Source: Sphaerodactylus townsendi (Eukaryota). From it: a stretch of DNA of 64,000 nt. Each line of letters begins with the position of its first letter. The stretch's first letter is position 1. Under the pieces are notes generated by a model, which ran no database searches, had not been told where the DNA came from, and saw only the letters and a program-made list of their open reading frames with translations. The translations under genes were made by a program, and so were the position numbers. The DNA lies in NCBI RefSeq assembly GCF_021028975.2, contig NC_059426.1, forward strand, positions 98,270,001 to 98,334,000. The letters run 5' to 3'. Shown piece by piece: positions 13,272 to 26,040 of this stretch.

Positions 13272-14549
13272 GAGGAGTTCAGAGATGACATGCTGTGTCT
13301 AGGGGGAATAGGAAGAGATGGCTGAATAGGAAGGAGTTGCGATGACAGCACCTTAAGGTGCCCCTCCATAGCTTTCTCCTGCACCACCTCTGGCCTGTCC
13401 TCCGGTCTCTCCTTGGAAGGCCTGTTGGGCTCTGAAGGAATCCAAGAAGGAGATGGCATTCCTACGGGGGGGGGGGGGGAGCTGTGGGGCTTTTTGCTTT
13501 GCAGGTGTTTATCTGATTCTTGTCCTTGAGGTTCTGTGGTCCATGTCACGCAGCAGAAATAAAATGTTTTGACATTTTCAAAGTGCTTTCAAAATGTTTA
13601 ACTGTTATAACACTTTAAAGTGTTTTAAGTGTCATATGACTTAAAATGCTTTCAAAATATTTTATTACTGCATTATCTTTATATGGTGGAAACTATTCTT
13701 GAATTAATAAACATTTCAGTAAAAACACCAAGAGTTCATATCTTAAGGATTCTCTCACAACATATCTGTATTTACTGCACAATACAGATACTACACTCTA
13801 GAATCCACCTTTCAAGGTCCTCTCACCACACTCAGTACAACACCAACTTTCCTACCCCTCAGAACTCTTTATTAAGCATCTGGCCTGATTCAGAGCTCCA
13901 AACAACTCCAAAGCTCACTCAAATAGCTGTGCTCTTTCGGATGGTTTATTAAATAGAATAACGTTTCACCGCATTGGGGGTGGGGGATGTTTTCCCAGTA
14001 AATGAGCTCAGGACTAGGATGGAAAGGAAAGCCACAGAGGGGATCGTGAACACAGAAGAAGCCGTCAGTCCCTTGCCCTATTAAGATTTTAATACATCAA
14101 ATCCCCCCTCCCCAGTTTAAAAGATCCACCTGCAAACAGGAATACCCTCATTCTTTTTGGACTCTTATGCCTTACCATCAGCAAGGCAAGCAAAAATTCA
14201 GCAAGGTCAATTCTCCAAGCTTGAAGGTGCAATGATAAGCCAGCACCTGCCTTGCCAAACAAGACTAAGGGCTATTTTGTCTAAGCATCATTTTCCCCAT
14301 CGTGGCCAGTGACGACATTTCTAACCATCACCCATGGCAGGGGAGAATGTGGAGGGGGTGCCCTTCATTCCAAGGGAGGTGATGAAGCCAAGGTAGAAAA
14401 CTGTCACATATGGGGGGGGGGGAAGGGGGGAGAAAGAGGCCAACAGGGCAGACGGCTGGGAAGTAGCATTTTCATACTGGCTTACCTTACAGGGATGTTG
14501 TCAGAATAATTAGGTCATTTTATGCCCAGGAAAACCTTTGAAAGTTCAA

Positions 14550-14857
14550 AGCAGTGGCGTAGTGGTTAAGAGTAGGTGCACTCTAACCTGGAGCAACCAG
14601 GTTTGATTCCCTGCTCTGCTGCTTGAGCCGTGGAGGCTTATCTGGGGAATTATCCTGTGCACTCCCACACATGCCAGCTGGGTGACCTTGGGCTAGTCAC
14701 AGTTCTTCTGAGCTCTCTCAGCCCCACCCACCTCACAGGGTATTTGTTGTGAGAGGGGAAGGGAAAGGAGATTGTAAGCCCCTTTGAATCTCCTACAGGA
14801 GAGAAAGGGGGATATAAATCCAAGCTCCTCCTCTTCCTCCTCCTCCTCTTCCTCTTC
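14550..14857 (+). mobile_element. tRNA-derived SINE
   Basis: A box TGGCGTAGTGG, B box GGTTTGATTCC, CCT/CTT-rich tail. The same family occurs inverted at 41508-41695. Confidence 0.85.
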
Positions 14858-15269
14858 TAAAAACAAAGGACTATTGGAAAGACGCCAGGCAGGAGGCAAC
14901 TCACTTTTAGCAAATCACCAAGTATGTAGGGGCAGGCTGCAATCCCTCAGCCTCTCTTGCCCCCATTCCCCCCCCCCCCCACCATAAGAACATAATATCA
15001 GGCTGGATGTGGGAAGCTGGAAGGGGAAGAGCTGAACCCAGTTCTCCAGCAGGCAACTTGCCTTGCAAAAAAGGGAGGGTGGGGGCTTTTTTAAAATGGA
15101 AAAAAGAAAGTCATATCATGCAAGTTTCTAACTTAATATGCTGCAGAGAAATAATCATGTCTAACATATTGATTAATCTATACTATTAGTGATTTTAAGG
15201 CATGCAGTTACACCACAGACAAAAGGCAGAGAGGTAGAATTGCATCCAAACTGTTGGACTACCCCAACT

Positions 15270-15300
<31 letters not shown>

Positions 15301-15399
15301 TCGCTTCATAGGGGAAATTGGAGAGTTTCTGCCACTGCACTCCCAGTAAAAAGGATGGGGGAGATCTGAACCTGGCAGTTGTTTTGGGAAGGGGCAGAT

Positions 15400-15695
15400 G
15401 CTGGGGTTTCCTCTTCCTCCCCTCAATAAATCCACTCTGCTGCATTCATTGTTGCCCTTCCTTCTAACTTTCCCTGGACTTCTTGGAATGCAAAGGGAAA
15501 CATCTTCCTACCTCCTCAGCAGTGCCTGCAAATGTCAGCCAAAGCAACTTTAGTCTCCCAGGCAGGCACCCCAACCCCTAGCAGCTATTTCCAGGTCGCC
15601 AGTTCTGCAGCAACAGCAAGTCCTTTGCAAGAAGAGAAACATGCGGGGGCTGCTTTGGAAAGTGAAAGTAGCTCCGAATTCCCCCCCCCCCCGCG
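15400..15695. promoter_or_regulatory. Candidate IRF/NF-kB-responsive promoter or enhancer
   Basis: GAAAGTGAAAGT (IRF-E/ISRE consensus) at 15658-15669; kB-like GGGGAATTCG on the minus strand next to it; GGGGTTTCC at 15403-15411; locally GC-rich. Confidence 0.4.
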
Positions 15696-15979
15696 CAGCT
15701 TGCCTGCCTGCCTGCCTGAGTGGATGAGTTGCCTCTTTGTTCCTCCCTGCAGGCTTTGGGCTCCGCTGGCAGGGGCTTGGCTGGCTGCTCTGTGAATTCA
15801 CTGAAGCAGCCTTGTGTTGCAGGCCAGGCTCCCGTGAGCGAGCCAGGCGGTCTCCTCTTGCCTTGCTCGTGCATGTGAGAGGAGGCGGGTGGGGAGGTGC
15901 CAGCCCCCCACATGACTCACCACTGCAGCGCCCGGGACAAGCTGCCCCGGATGTCCCCATTGGCCCTACGCCACTGCTC

Positions 15980-17060
15980 CCATTTCAGTTTTATGGCTTT
16001 TCTTTCATCAATCAGCTTCCATGTTTGGTCTTGGATCCATTGTTCCGTCGCCCTTGGCATCTTCCAATAGTATTTGGGCACAAGTCTGGCAAGCCATTAT
16101 TTGTCTTGATTCAACAGCTGGATTGTAGGTACAAGTCTTTACAGATGGTGATGAAGGCTGCTGGTAGTCCATACAAATGCAGGATCCGTGCGAGGGCCTC
16201 AGGATAAGGCTACTCCAGTGGTCTTTGTCTGCCATTTCCTTGAGAAGGCTGAAGTGACTATGCAGTTCCAAGGTGAAAGTGGTGGCAGTGGCAGGGTTTT
16301 TGAGTTTCTCCATTGCAAATGGTTTCTTTGGTATGGTCTTTCTAACGTTTTGGAGCTTGAGCTTGATTTCTGCTCTGACTAGATAATGGTCTAATCCAAC
16401 ATCTGCCTTTCTGTAAACCCTTGCATCATGCATTGCTGACCCCCTATTCTGGCTTATACAGATGAAGTCAATTTCATGGAAGGTTTGCCTTTCTGGTGAC
16501 CACCAAGTCTTCTTGTGGATCCTCCGATGTTGGAAATATGTGTTCCCAACATACAACCCATTGTGTTCACAGAACGACAGCAATTGCTCAACACTGTCAC
16601 TGAGCTGAGCAGAGGATGTGTGTGCTCCAATCACATTCTCAAATCCTTGTCCGCTGCCACCTAATTGGGCATTGAAATCACCAATCAGGAGCTTTAGGGG
16701 ATGTTAGCAAAGAAGTCTTGGAGCTGTGCATAAAAGTCATTCTTTATTGCATCATCTGCGTTGTCCATTTGGTGCATAGGCCTGTACAACAATCGCTTTA
16801 GCATGTCCATGAGTAAAATGGGCTGTGATGATCCGGTCATTGATGGGTTGCCAACCAATGAGTGCTTTTTCAATTTGTTTGCTCAGGATAAGGCCAACTC
16901 CACTTTCATGCCAATCTTCGTGACCCACATACAAGATGTTCTTGCCATTGCTTTTGATCCGGCCATTTGTTGTCTACCTGACATCAGTGACACCTAGAAT
17001 GTCCAGCTGGTAGTTGTCAAATGCCCATAGGAGTTGGATAAGTTGTCCATTTTGGTATGG
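15980..17060 (-). mobile_element. RTE-clade LINE, AP-endonuclease region, rearranged
   Basis: GVGLIL...WQPINDRII, VVQAYAP, GNTYFQHRRIHKKTWWSP...EIDFICIS...DVGLDHYLV motifs. Confidence 0.9.
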
Positions 17061-17429
17061 GATTCATGTTGGAATATCCAGCCTTGTTTGCATGCAGTGG
17101 CAGCAGAAGCAGCATGGAATTCTGGGAAGCTGCACGAACATTCTAAAGGTGACAGTTAAAATTCGGTGGTGGTGTCCTGCTCCCTCACTAGCCTGCTCTG
17201 ACTGACTAAGTGAAAAGATGTTCTCTGTACTGATGTAAACCAAATGCTATGTAAAAGTGCTCTGACTAAAAGTTAAGTAAAGTTCTCTCAGTTAAGTAAA
17301 GTTCATGTCCCATGAACTTCTGAGGTAAAACAGCTGTCTTTTGAGAGATAACTATTCTAATTTGACACACAATCCACATTTCTGCTTGTTACTCTGCTTG
17401 ACAGGATTATATATACTAAATATACCTGT

Positions 17430-17690
17430 TGCCCTTCAGTTCGTACGTTCCATGTTCCACCTCTTGTGATGTTTTTGGCAGAGAAGATTGTTTCTGACAT
17501 CAGGTACTGGACACCAGTGCCAGTTTGCTCTGATACAGTCATATTATGTGAAGCTGAACTCCCACTTGGTTTACCAGAAATGCTTGAAGTTTTTTGTTGC
17601 TGTTTCCATAGCGATTGGAGTTTTACAGAGACGAGTTACTAGTCCAAAACTCAACCCTCCTCCTTTCAGAATGGCAGAGTTGCCCTGCGT
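17430..17690 (-). mobile_element. RTE-clade LINE 5'UTR / endonuclease start fragment
   Basis: GTWNVRT motif in ORF 17357-17542. Confidence 0.6.
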
Positions 17691-17790
17691 AAAAATGAAT
17701 AATAATTCTCATATTCATTTGGGACTATATACTAATGCAGAATCACACAATTTTCTCAACTGCTGCACCTCAACTAATGAAACTAACATC

Positions 17791-19464
17791 ACACACACAC
17801 ACACACAAAGCCTTTATTGGCATCATACAGTAAAACAATTTGTAACCAGAAACGTTTTACAACCAGAATAACATAGTTACAACTCAAATAACCATCATTT
17901 AATATAAAAATCTCCCTTAGCAGATGTGCCAATTATATCCAACAGAAACTTGGCAACTAATTCAGAAAAATCCTGATTTGATCCATCCAGGAAATACTTT
18001 ATCCTTTGATCATCTGTCATATCTACATTAAAAGATGTAAACAATGGTCGATACTTATACCTTAAGCATTCCCTATTTGGACAGTGAAACATGATATGCT
18101 CTAGTGTTTCTACTTGTATGCTGTTGCAAGGGCATAATCTTTCGGTCTTTGGTATTTTTTGGAATCGACCCTCGAGTAGAGCAGATGGCAAAATATTGAA
18201 TCTTGCTAAAGAGAATGCACGTCTCAATCTAAAATTAATCATATAAAGTAAATAATGAGACATACAACCCTTTGCTTCAACTAGTGATTGATTTAGAGGT
18301 GAGCAAGTTGAATTTGCTGCTATTAAAGATCTTTGATAATCCCATTCAAGGAATTTTTCTTTAACAATTTTTTTGCCTCTAAATAAGATAACATTGATAT
18401 TTCATCCATAGATATGCCAATTTCTGTAATCTTATCAACTATTTTATCATGCCAGTTTGAAGTGTTAAGTTCAGAGAGCAATAAGCATGTGAAACTGCCT
18501 GGCTTGGAATGATGGTGGATTTTTAACCAGTATATAGTTGCTCTAATCCAAGCCAAGGTAGTTAAGGAACATAGGCCTAGTTCAATGCGTAAGGCTGCAT
18601 AAGACACGCAATTGGGGAAACCCATAATCCTATGCAGAAATTTAGAGTGTAGAGTGTTTAGACTGGTGTATTGGGCTAAGAAAAGGACTGGAAAGCCATA
18701 GAGTAGCTGCGGAACTACTTTTGCATTGAATGCCTTGATTACTGCTGGAATGTATTGGTGTCCTTTGGTGTAAAAGAAATTCACTAAAGCGTTTACAGTT
18801 GGAGTAGCTTTTACTGATGCCGTTTTGACATGGGCTGTCCAAGAAAGATTATAAGTGAACAAAATACCTAAGTATTTGTATTTCTTGACTTGTTCAATTT
18901 CTTTTGTCGCTACTTTCCAGGGTTGTTTTTTCCATGATCTAGCAAACACCATAACTTTTGATTTATCAAAGTTAAGTTCCAGCTTGTTTAATTTACAGTA
19001 ACTGTAGCATCTGTTCATTGAACGTAACAGGCCTACCCTAGTGTATGACATTATAATAGTATCATCTGCATAAAGAAGCGCCGGTAAATGTGTATTTCCC
19101 AGTTTGGGGCTGTGTCCATCAATATCCCCAAGTTCCAGTGGTAAGTCCCTTAAGTATATGTTAAACAAGGTCGGAGCAATTATACACCCCTGTTTCACCC
19201 CTTTGTTGCTTAAGATATTATTGGTCAATGCCCCCTCCTGAGTGCATTTTACCCGGCAAGAGGTGTTAGTGTGTAATTGCCTGATTAAAAAAAGCAGTCT
19301 GGGGTCGATGTTCAAATCCTCCATTTTCTTCCATAACAAGTCTCTAGATAGTGAATCAAAGGCTTTTTTAAAGTCTAAAAAAGCAACATAGAGCTTGCCT
19401 GATCGTTGTTTTAACTGTTTTTGGGCAAGGTGGGCCAGGACTATTGCGTGGTCATAAGTAGATT
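17791..19464 (-). mobile_element. 5'-truncated RTE-X-like LINE (RT plus CCHC domain)
   Basis: GVKQGC, LLYADD and YKYLG in ORF 18323-19339; CCHC in ORF 17895-18263; AATAAA plus (TG)n tail; 14-bp TSD ATGAAACTAACATC (17777-17790 / 19465-19478). Confidence 0.95.
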
Positions 19465-19829
19465 ATGAAACTAACATCTTTATGTGAAACAGAGGATAGG
19501 AGATGGTTTGTATTGTGCCTGCTGGAGGTAGGGTGATTTAGAAACCTAAATAAATGAAATTATCTTCACAGAAACATGCAAGGATTATAACTTAAACTGA
19601 TAGATGATGTGTTAGGCTACTTGACCAAACAATCCATTACAGTTTTCTCAGGTCTTCCTTGGGTCCACCCTATCACAGCTTGTTTTACTGCTTGGAATAG
19701 GTGTTTCAGAAGACCCCATGAGGCTCATTTTGCACAACTCAAAAACTTTCCTCCATCATAGGAGAATGATCGGCTTAGAATATTTTGTGACTGCCACATC
19801 CCCATGGAGTGTGTGATCCCATGATCTAC

Positions 19830-20521
19830 TGTTACCGCAGGGTAACGGGTTCAAAATATTTAAGCCGAAAAGCACAAGCCGACAATGAATAAAATCAAAG
19901 AAATATTTTATTCAGGCCAACAAAAGAGCAAGCTAGCATCAGAGGAGCCACACTAAAAGGCTGCTGTCTCTTATTTTTATAGGTTACATCAGAATAACAG
20001 TAGAAAGAATACACCCCAAAGTACAATCATCATCAATCAATCATTTGAAAGGGTGGAGATCATCCCCTTCCCCAAAACATTTGGGGCAAACTAGTGCCCT
20101 TATTGGAAGATGTCAGTACTCTACTTTTGACGTCTTATGAACTTAGGCCCAGCCTTACCTTATCAGTATTGTTTTCTGCTGCCCTAATTTTCTAGACAAA
20201 GAGCCTAAACATTTAACCATGTTCTTGCTTTGTATCAGAAAAAGGGCAGACTCATGGTGCCAGCAGGAACAAGAAGACCTCAAAAACAACTTGGTTCCTA
20301 ATCTTTTACATTCCCATGGAAAAGTAGGAGCAAGGGGTATTTCATCAAGGCTGTGAATCTTGGTCAATAGAAAAAGAAAAGTAAAGTGCATGAGGCCTGC
20401 ATATTTCTTGTTCAGCAGCTTTATGGTTGCCAACACCCCATTACAAGGAAAAGAATAATGGGGGGAAGGAAACAATCTTACTTATAAGTTACTTATTGGG
20501 ATTGCTGATATCCTTTTAACA
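19830..20521 (-). mobile_element. Probable solo LTR
   Basis: TGTTA...TAACA ends; minus-strand TATAAAA (about 19975) followed by AATAAA (about 19907). No TSD match. Confidence 0.45.
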
Positions 20522-21970
20522 GGGCTATGTGCCTACACTACTGATGCAAGCAGAGGATTTTAGCCTCCATATCATGAATGTGCCACTCAAAAGCCCAGAT
20601 ATTTAAATTAAACTTCTTCATTCAATATATGCCCATTTCCTTTGCCTAATTGTTAAAGTAAAAACATTCTTCTTCAGAATTAAACTGGACAGAATGGACA
20701 AGACAGACTTCCATTTGCCTTGTAAAGTCAACTAAAAGGCACATGAAGTTCCAATTTGAATTGGAGATGCAGGGGGAGGGGAAAGGAGGTTGTTTAACCA
20801 TTCAACCTCCACCCATATTTTCTAGTCAACCCTCTCTTCCACAAGCTGATTTTATCCCATTGAGAAAAAATGACAGACATCTTGTATTCATCTTTAAAAA
20901 ATTATAATACTAACTACTTGGGGGGGGGGGATGCCCCTTTAGTAGAAATGTAATGGGATGTTATTTATCAGTTACCTCCATGCCATAAAAAGTTCCAGAT
21001 GCCCTTTACATACTTTAAGCCTCTATTAAAGGGCCTCCGAGCTTGTTGGCAATCCTGGTTTTGATTTGCAAGAACATTTGGAGGAGAGAAGTTCAATCTC
21101 TCTCTCCTCCCAGCATGACCTCATCTGAACTGGGGTTGAGTGTAGCTGTAACTCAACTGTAAATGATTATGGAAAGATCCAACCATGAATTTCCCAGTGC
21201 TTTGTCTGTTTTGAGCCTAGAACTCAGGCAAACTGTTCATCTCTTCAGAGATCTAAAAGTATGTTGAAGTTAGAGCAGAGTGGCAATATACCCAGTCGGC
21301 CAGTGGAAATTTCCTTCGTTGAAGGGAAAAAATCTGGGAGAGCCAAAGCAGAGTGGGCAAAACTTTGAAACTTGGGTTTAACAATAACTGTCGGCAGGGT
21401 TTTTCTTTTGTCTTTCATCTAGGGGCAAAACAAATGCCTCTTCTAATTTAGTCTGCTGGGAAGTCACCTTGTACCTCCAGCAAGAGCTGAACTACATTAT
21501 ATTGTACAGAGCTACCAATACAAGGTGGCATGGGAGGTCAAAATTCCAGGGGTGCTCGGATCTAGGCAAGGCTCTACTGGTACACAGCTGTAAACTCAGC
21601 AGCTGAGAGAGAAGGAAATGGTAAGTGTGACCTTAGCTCAAGTTACTGTCAATCAACTGAAACTACCTCACAGGATACCCATGAAGATAACATGACTGAG
21701 GAACAATTATGTAAGCTCTCTGGCCTTCTTGGAGGAAGGGTGGGACAGAAATGTGAACAGAGAGTGGAGAAAAGCATGTTATATAAAACGTGAACAGAAA
21801 CGTGAACAGAGAGTGGAGAAAAGCATGATATAAAAATCATTAGCTATTCCTGCTCAACGTTGTGTGATTTGTTTGCATATGATGTTTAAACTGGCTCTTG
21901 GGGGTGTGATAGGAATTCAGAGGTAATCATCTAGCCTGTCCTTATTCCGCAATGCATTTATTGTCTAAAA

Positions 21971-22108
21971 CAGGGGTCTTCAAATTATGCCCCCCCAGAT
22001 GTTCAGGAACTACATTTCCCATCAGCCCTGCCATTTAGCCATGCTGGCAGGGGCTGATGGGAATTGTAGTCCACGAACATCTGGAGGGCCATAGTTTGAA
22101 GACTCCTG
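21971..22108. mobile_element. Palindromic hAT MITE
   Basis: CAGGGGTCTTCAAA / TTTGAAGACTCCTG; 8-bp TSD GTCTAAAA. Confidence 0.92.
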
Positions 22109-22939
22109 GTCTAAAATAAGGATCTAACTCTGGCTTCCTTCCATTTCATGGGATCAGGAAGGGCTTCAAAAGCACCCAGGAGAAAGCTTGGACTGCCAAC
22201 TGTCTGGAGAAAAAAATGTCTTGCCTCTTGAATATAGGCTTAATAGGAGGTTATTTGTTAGGTGATGTTATTACCTCCATGCCATGAAAAGCTTCAACTG
22301 CCCATTTTCATGCATTAAGCTTCATGAATCATGTTAAAACTGCCAACGTAAAAATGAAACAATTGGCATCATTTGAGTTTCTTCATCCAATGGGACTAGT
22401 ATTTTAGAATGTTAGAAATAATTAAGAATTGTTAATACATATCAAAATCATCATAGCTACATATTATGGAACACATTATACACATTCTGAGCTTTATTTA
22501 CTGAAAATGTTGTGTTGTTCCATCTATCCAGTCCATCTACCTTCAGGCAAACTGGAGTTCTTTTGTAGAGCCCTGCATCTGCAAAACAGCTGCCTGGCAC
22601 TGTAATTCAGAACCAAATGCTTTCTCAACTTAATAAAAATAAACAATCCTTCATTTATTTATTTTTTAACCAAAAGGCTATAAGAAACTGAGTCTTACAT
22701 ATATTGCGTAGAACAACAATGCAGGAGTTTGACTTCCAGGTTCTAATTTAGTTGATTAGACTATGTTGCATTTCAGGTTTTGTCTACATCTACTCTACTA
22801 GGGACATTAGCCAAGCAAGTGTACTGCCTAGGAGGCTTTTTCAACAGAACATATTTTTTTTTACAATTAGCAGATTTTCTATTCTTGCCAAAAGGTAGAA
22901 AATGCCTATTCTTCTTTCTGCCCCAATCCATCCCATAAA

Positions 22940-24110
22940 TAGCCAGCTACTTTCAAGCAACTTAAAACCATCAAGATTTTTCTTGCACTAATGGCAGAAG
23001 GATATATCACATTTTGTTTGGCAAGAGAAAAAAAACCTCAGATTAAATATGAAATGTTACAAAATGCAAAAAAAAAAAAGTGAAGGATTAGCTTTACCTG
23101 ATCAGAAATTATATATTTTTTTCTGCCTGGTGCATAGTTTGGCTGAAAGAATGGGTTCTGTTGATGTGGTTTGCTGGAATTACAGGGACATGATATGAGA
23201 TTTGGATATGAGATTTGGATGCCTATTTATGGTATGACATAGTAAAAGCCAATAAGGATTTTAAAAATCATTTTATTAGACATGACATTCTGAGAACTTG
23301 GGAAAAATATAAAGCTGGGTTGTATCAAGAAACACCTCTATGGTTCTCATCACAAGAAACCCTATACAGTTGAGAAATGACAGTTGAAAATAGGTGGCTA
23401 ACATATTGTGACACACTAGATTTTTCTCAAAGGGAATGTGAAATGGAATTTAGTAGCAGAAGATTTTCTATGCACAATTATCAGAAAGATTTAAAGTAGA
23501 TAGAAGACCTCATGTTTTTGAAGACTCCAAGGCAGAATTTGAAGTAGAACTATGTAATAATGATGATCATGTTATTGCCAAAATGTATAAGCTTCCTTTG
23601 AAATTTGAATCAGAGGAAGAATGAATAAAAGATTGAATGATAAAATTGGCCAGTAACTTAAGGTATAACATACAAATAGATCAATGGGAAAATATGTGGT
23701 TAAACGGTCTTAAATTTACCTTAAGTTCCAGAGAGAATTTCTATAAAATGAAGAATCATTGGAATTTATCACTGGAGAAATTAGCAAAAATGTATTTAAA
23801 TGTTTCGAATGTATGTTGTAAATGTGAAAATCATGAAGGGTCATTGTTACCATGGTGCACTTGTTACAATGCTAAAAAAAATTGGATAGAAACACATGTA
23901 ATAATTCAGAAGATTTTAAAGATTAACATACAAATGAAACACAGGCTTATTTTTTGGGTCTTATGGATGCACAGTTCGAAAAAAGATGGAATTCTGGTTT
24001 TATATATGACTTCAGCAGTGAGAATATTGTGTGTGCAAAAATGGGAAATTCATCTGTACCCACAATAGAACAGTTTCTGAACATATTGAAGTAGGCTGAG
24101 TTGGCTAAGC
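22940..24110 (+). mobile_element. Decayed L1-clade LINE ORF2 3' region
   Basis: GLALPD..LY and RENFYKMK.HW...KLAKMY...SN.C.KC...EG...W.TC motifs, with many stop codons. Confidence 0.8.
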
Positions 24111-24229
24111 TTCCTTTGAATTGGAAAAAGAATTTCTCTAAGTTGATACAGCAAGTATCCCCTTGGCTATTTTCAGGTCCTACCTTGGCCAATTCAGTTG
24201 ACTCTCCTGGGCCAATAGGGACAGGACCC

Positions 24230-24303
24230 AGGTGACTTTGAAACTTACCACTTGTCCCCAGGATCTATGACTGTCACAGCTGATGAAAGCCAGTGGTGAT
24301 GGG

Positions 24304-24366
<63 letters not shown>

Positions 24367-26040
24367 ATGAACATTATCAACTTGTTCCTCTGTTCAGGGT
24401 TGTTCCCAGGGAGTTTGAAAGAGACAGTGGTAAAACTACTCTTAAAGAAGCCATCTTCGGATCCTACTGATCCATCCAGTTAATATCCAGTGTTGAATCT
24501 TTCATTCCTCGGTAAGGTAATTGAGAGAGCAACAGTGGAACAGTTCCAAGTGTTCCTGAGGAATTATCAACTCTGGACCCATTTCAGTACGGCTTCCAAA
24601 CTAACCACAAGATGGAGATGGCATTGGTAGCCCTCACACATGATCTCCATAGACAGCTGGATCAAGTTGGGTCAGCAGTGCTGTTATTGCTTGATCTGAC
24701 GGCGGCATTTGACATGGCTGATCACAATCTATGGGCCTACCATCATCCTGATGTTGATATATGTGGGACAGCCTTGAAGTGATTAGTCTCATTTTTCCAA
24801 AGTTGAGGACACAGGATCAAGGGGACAGGATACAATCACAACACTTTTTAGTGTGCAGAGTCCCTCAGGGGGCAATCCACTCCCCAATGTCATTTAACAT
24901 CTATATGTATCTGTGGCATGTTGACTCCCCAGCTCCTGCCTCCAAGGGGAGCTCCGTCCCTCCTTCCCTTTCTGGGGTGGTGTTGCCCCTGCCTGCAACC
25001 CATCTTCAGGGGTCTGTTGTTTAATAACGCTCTAAGCCACAGAGTGGTGAAGGCCCTCCTAGTCCTCCCCTGTAAGCCCCTCGAAGTCTCTCTTTAGCTC
25101 TCCCTTGTTGCAGGTTGAGATTTTGCCTTCTTCTGCTGTTGCTCAATCCCTCTTTCCCACCACTCTCTCTAGTGGCTTTTTCCTCACGTCTCTATCACCA
25201 AAATTTCAGGATATTGTCCGGCAACACTCCTGCTGATACCAGCCAAGTTTGGTGAATTTTGGTTTGGGGGGGTCCAAAGTTATGGACCCCCAAAGGGGGT
25301 GCCCCATCTCCTATTGTTTCCAATGGGAACTAATAGTAGATGGGGCTACCCTTTTGAGGGTCCATAACTTTGCACACCCTTAACCAAACTTCACCAAACC
25401 TGGAACATATCATCAGGAGAGTCTCCTAAAGATACCCTGAAATTTTTATGTGTCTAGACTAAACACTACGCTCCCTGCAGGCCAAAAACTGAAAAAAACA
25501 CTAAAAATACAAAAAACACAAATGAACATGGGGGGGCAGCAAAACGCCGATTTTGCACCGGGCTCCACTTCCCCTAGCTATGCCTCTGGCTGCACCCAGC
25601 TTCTCCCCTCCACCCGGCACCTCACCGGTCCCACCTTTTCCGGTTTTAAACTCCCCTGCAAAGTCCCCTGGAAGTCATCCCTCATCCCCGCTGGCCCCTC
25701 CCTTCCCCCTCCAGCTGGCCCTTTGTGTTCCCCCGCCTCCGCCTGCAGCATTCGGCCCCTTTCCTCACTGCCGCCGGCTGCTTTCTCCATCGCCATCTCC
25801 CTGCTCCGCCCACGTTGCAGCCAACCTGCCTCTCTCTCCTGGCCTGGCCGGGACTATCTCGGTGCCAGGCCGGGACTCCCCTGGAGGCAGTGCGGCGGCC
25901 CAGCTATGTCCAGGGCAGGATCCCCTGCCCACCCCCGGACAGTACCCTTCTTGCCCAGCTAGTCTGGAGTTTCAGGCTGGGTTGCCATCAATATACTGAT
26001 GACACTCAGCTATGCTTACTGATGGATGGCCAGCCAGATA
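24230..26040 (+). mobile_element. L2-clade LINE RT fragment, interrupted
   Basis: IINL..GLFP..LKETVV..LLKKP..DP, LLDLTAAFD and VPQG, then HQYTDDTQL resuming after the 24912-25941 insertion. Contains (CA)n at 24304-24365. Confidence 0.85.
24912..25941. mobile_element. Solo LTR (Gypsy-like) inside the L2, containing a hAT fragment at about 25195-25590
   Basis: TG...CA ends; 5-bp TSD GTATC / GTACC (one mismatch). The L2 sequence continues across the insertion. Confidence 0.7.
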
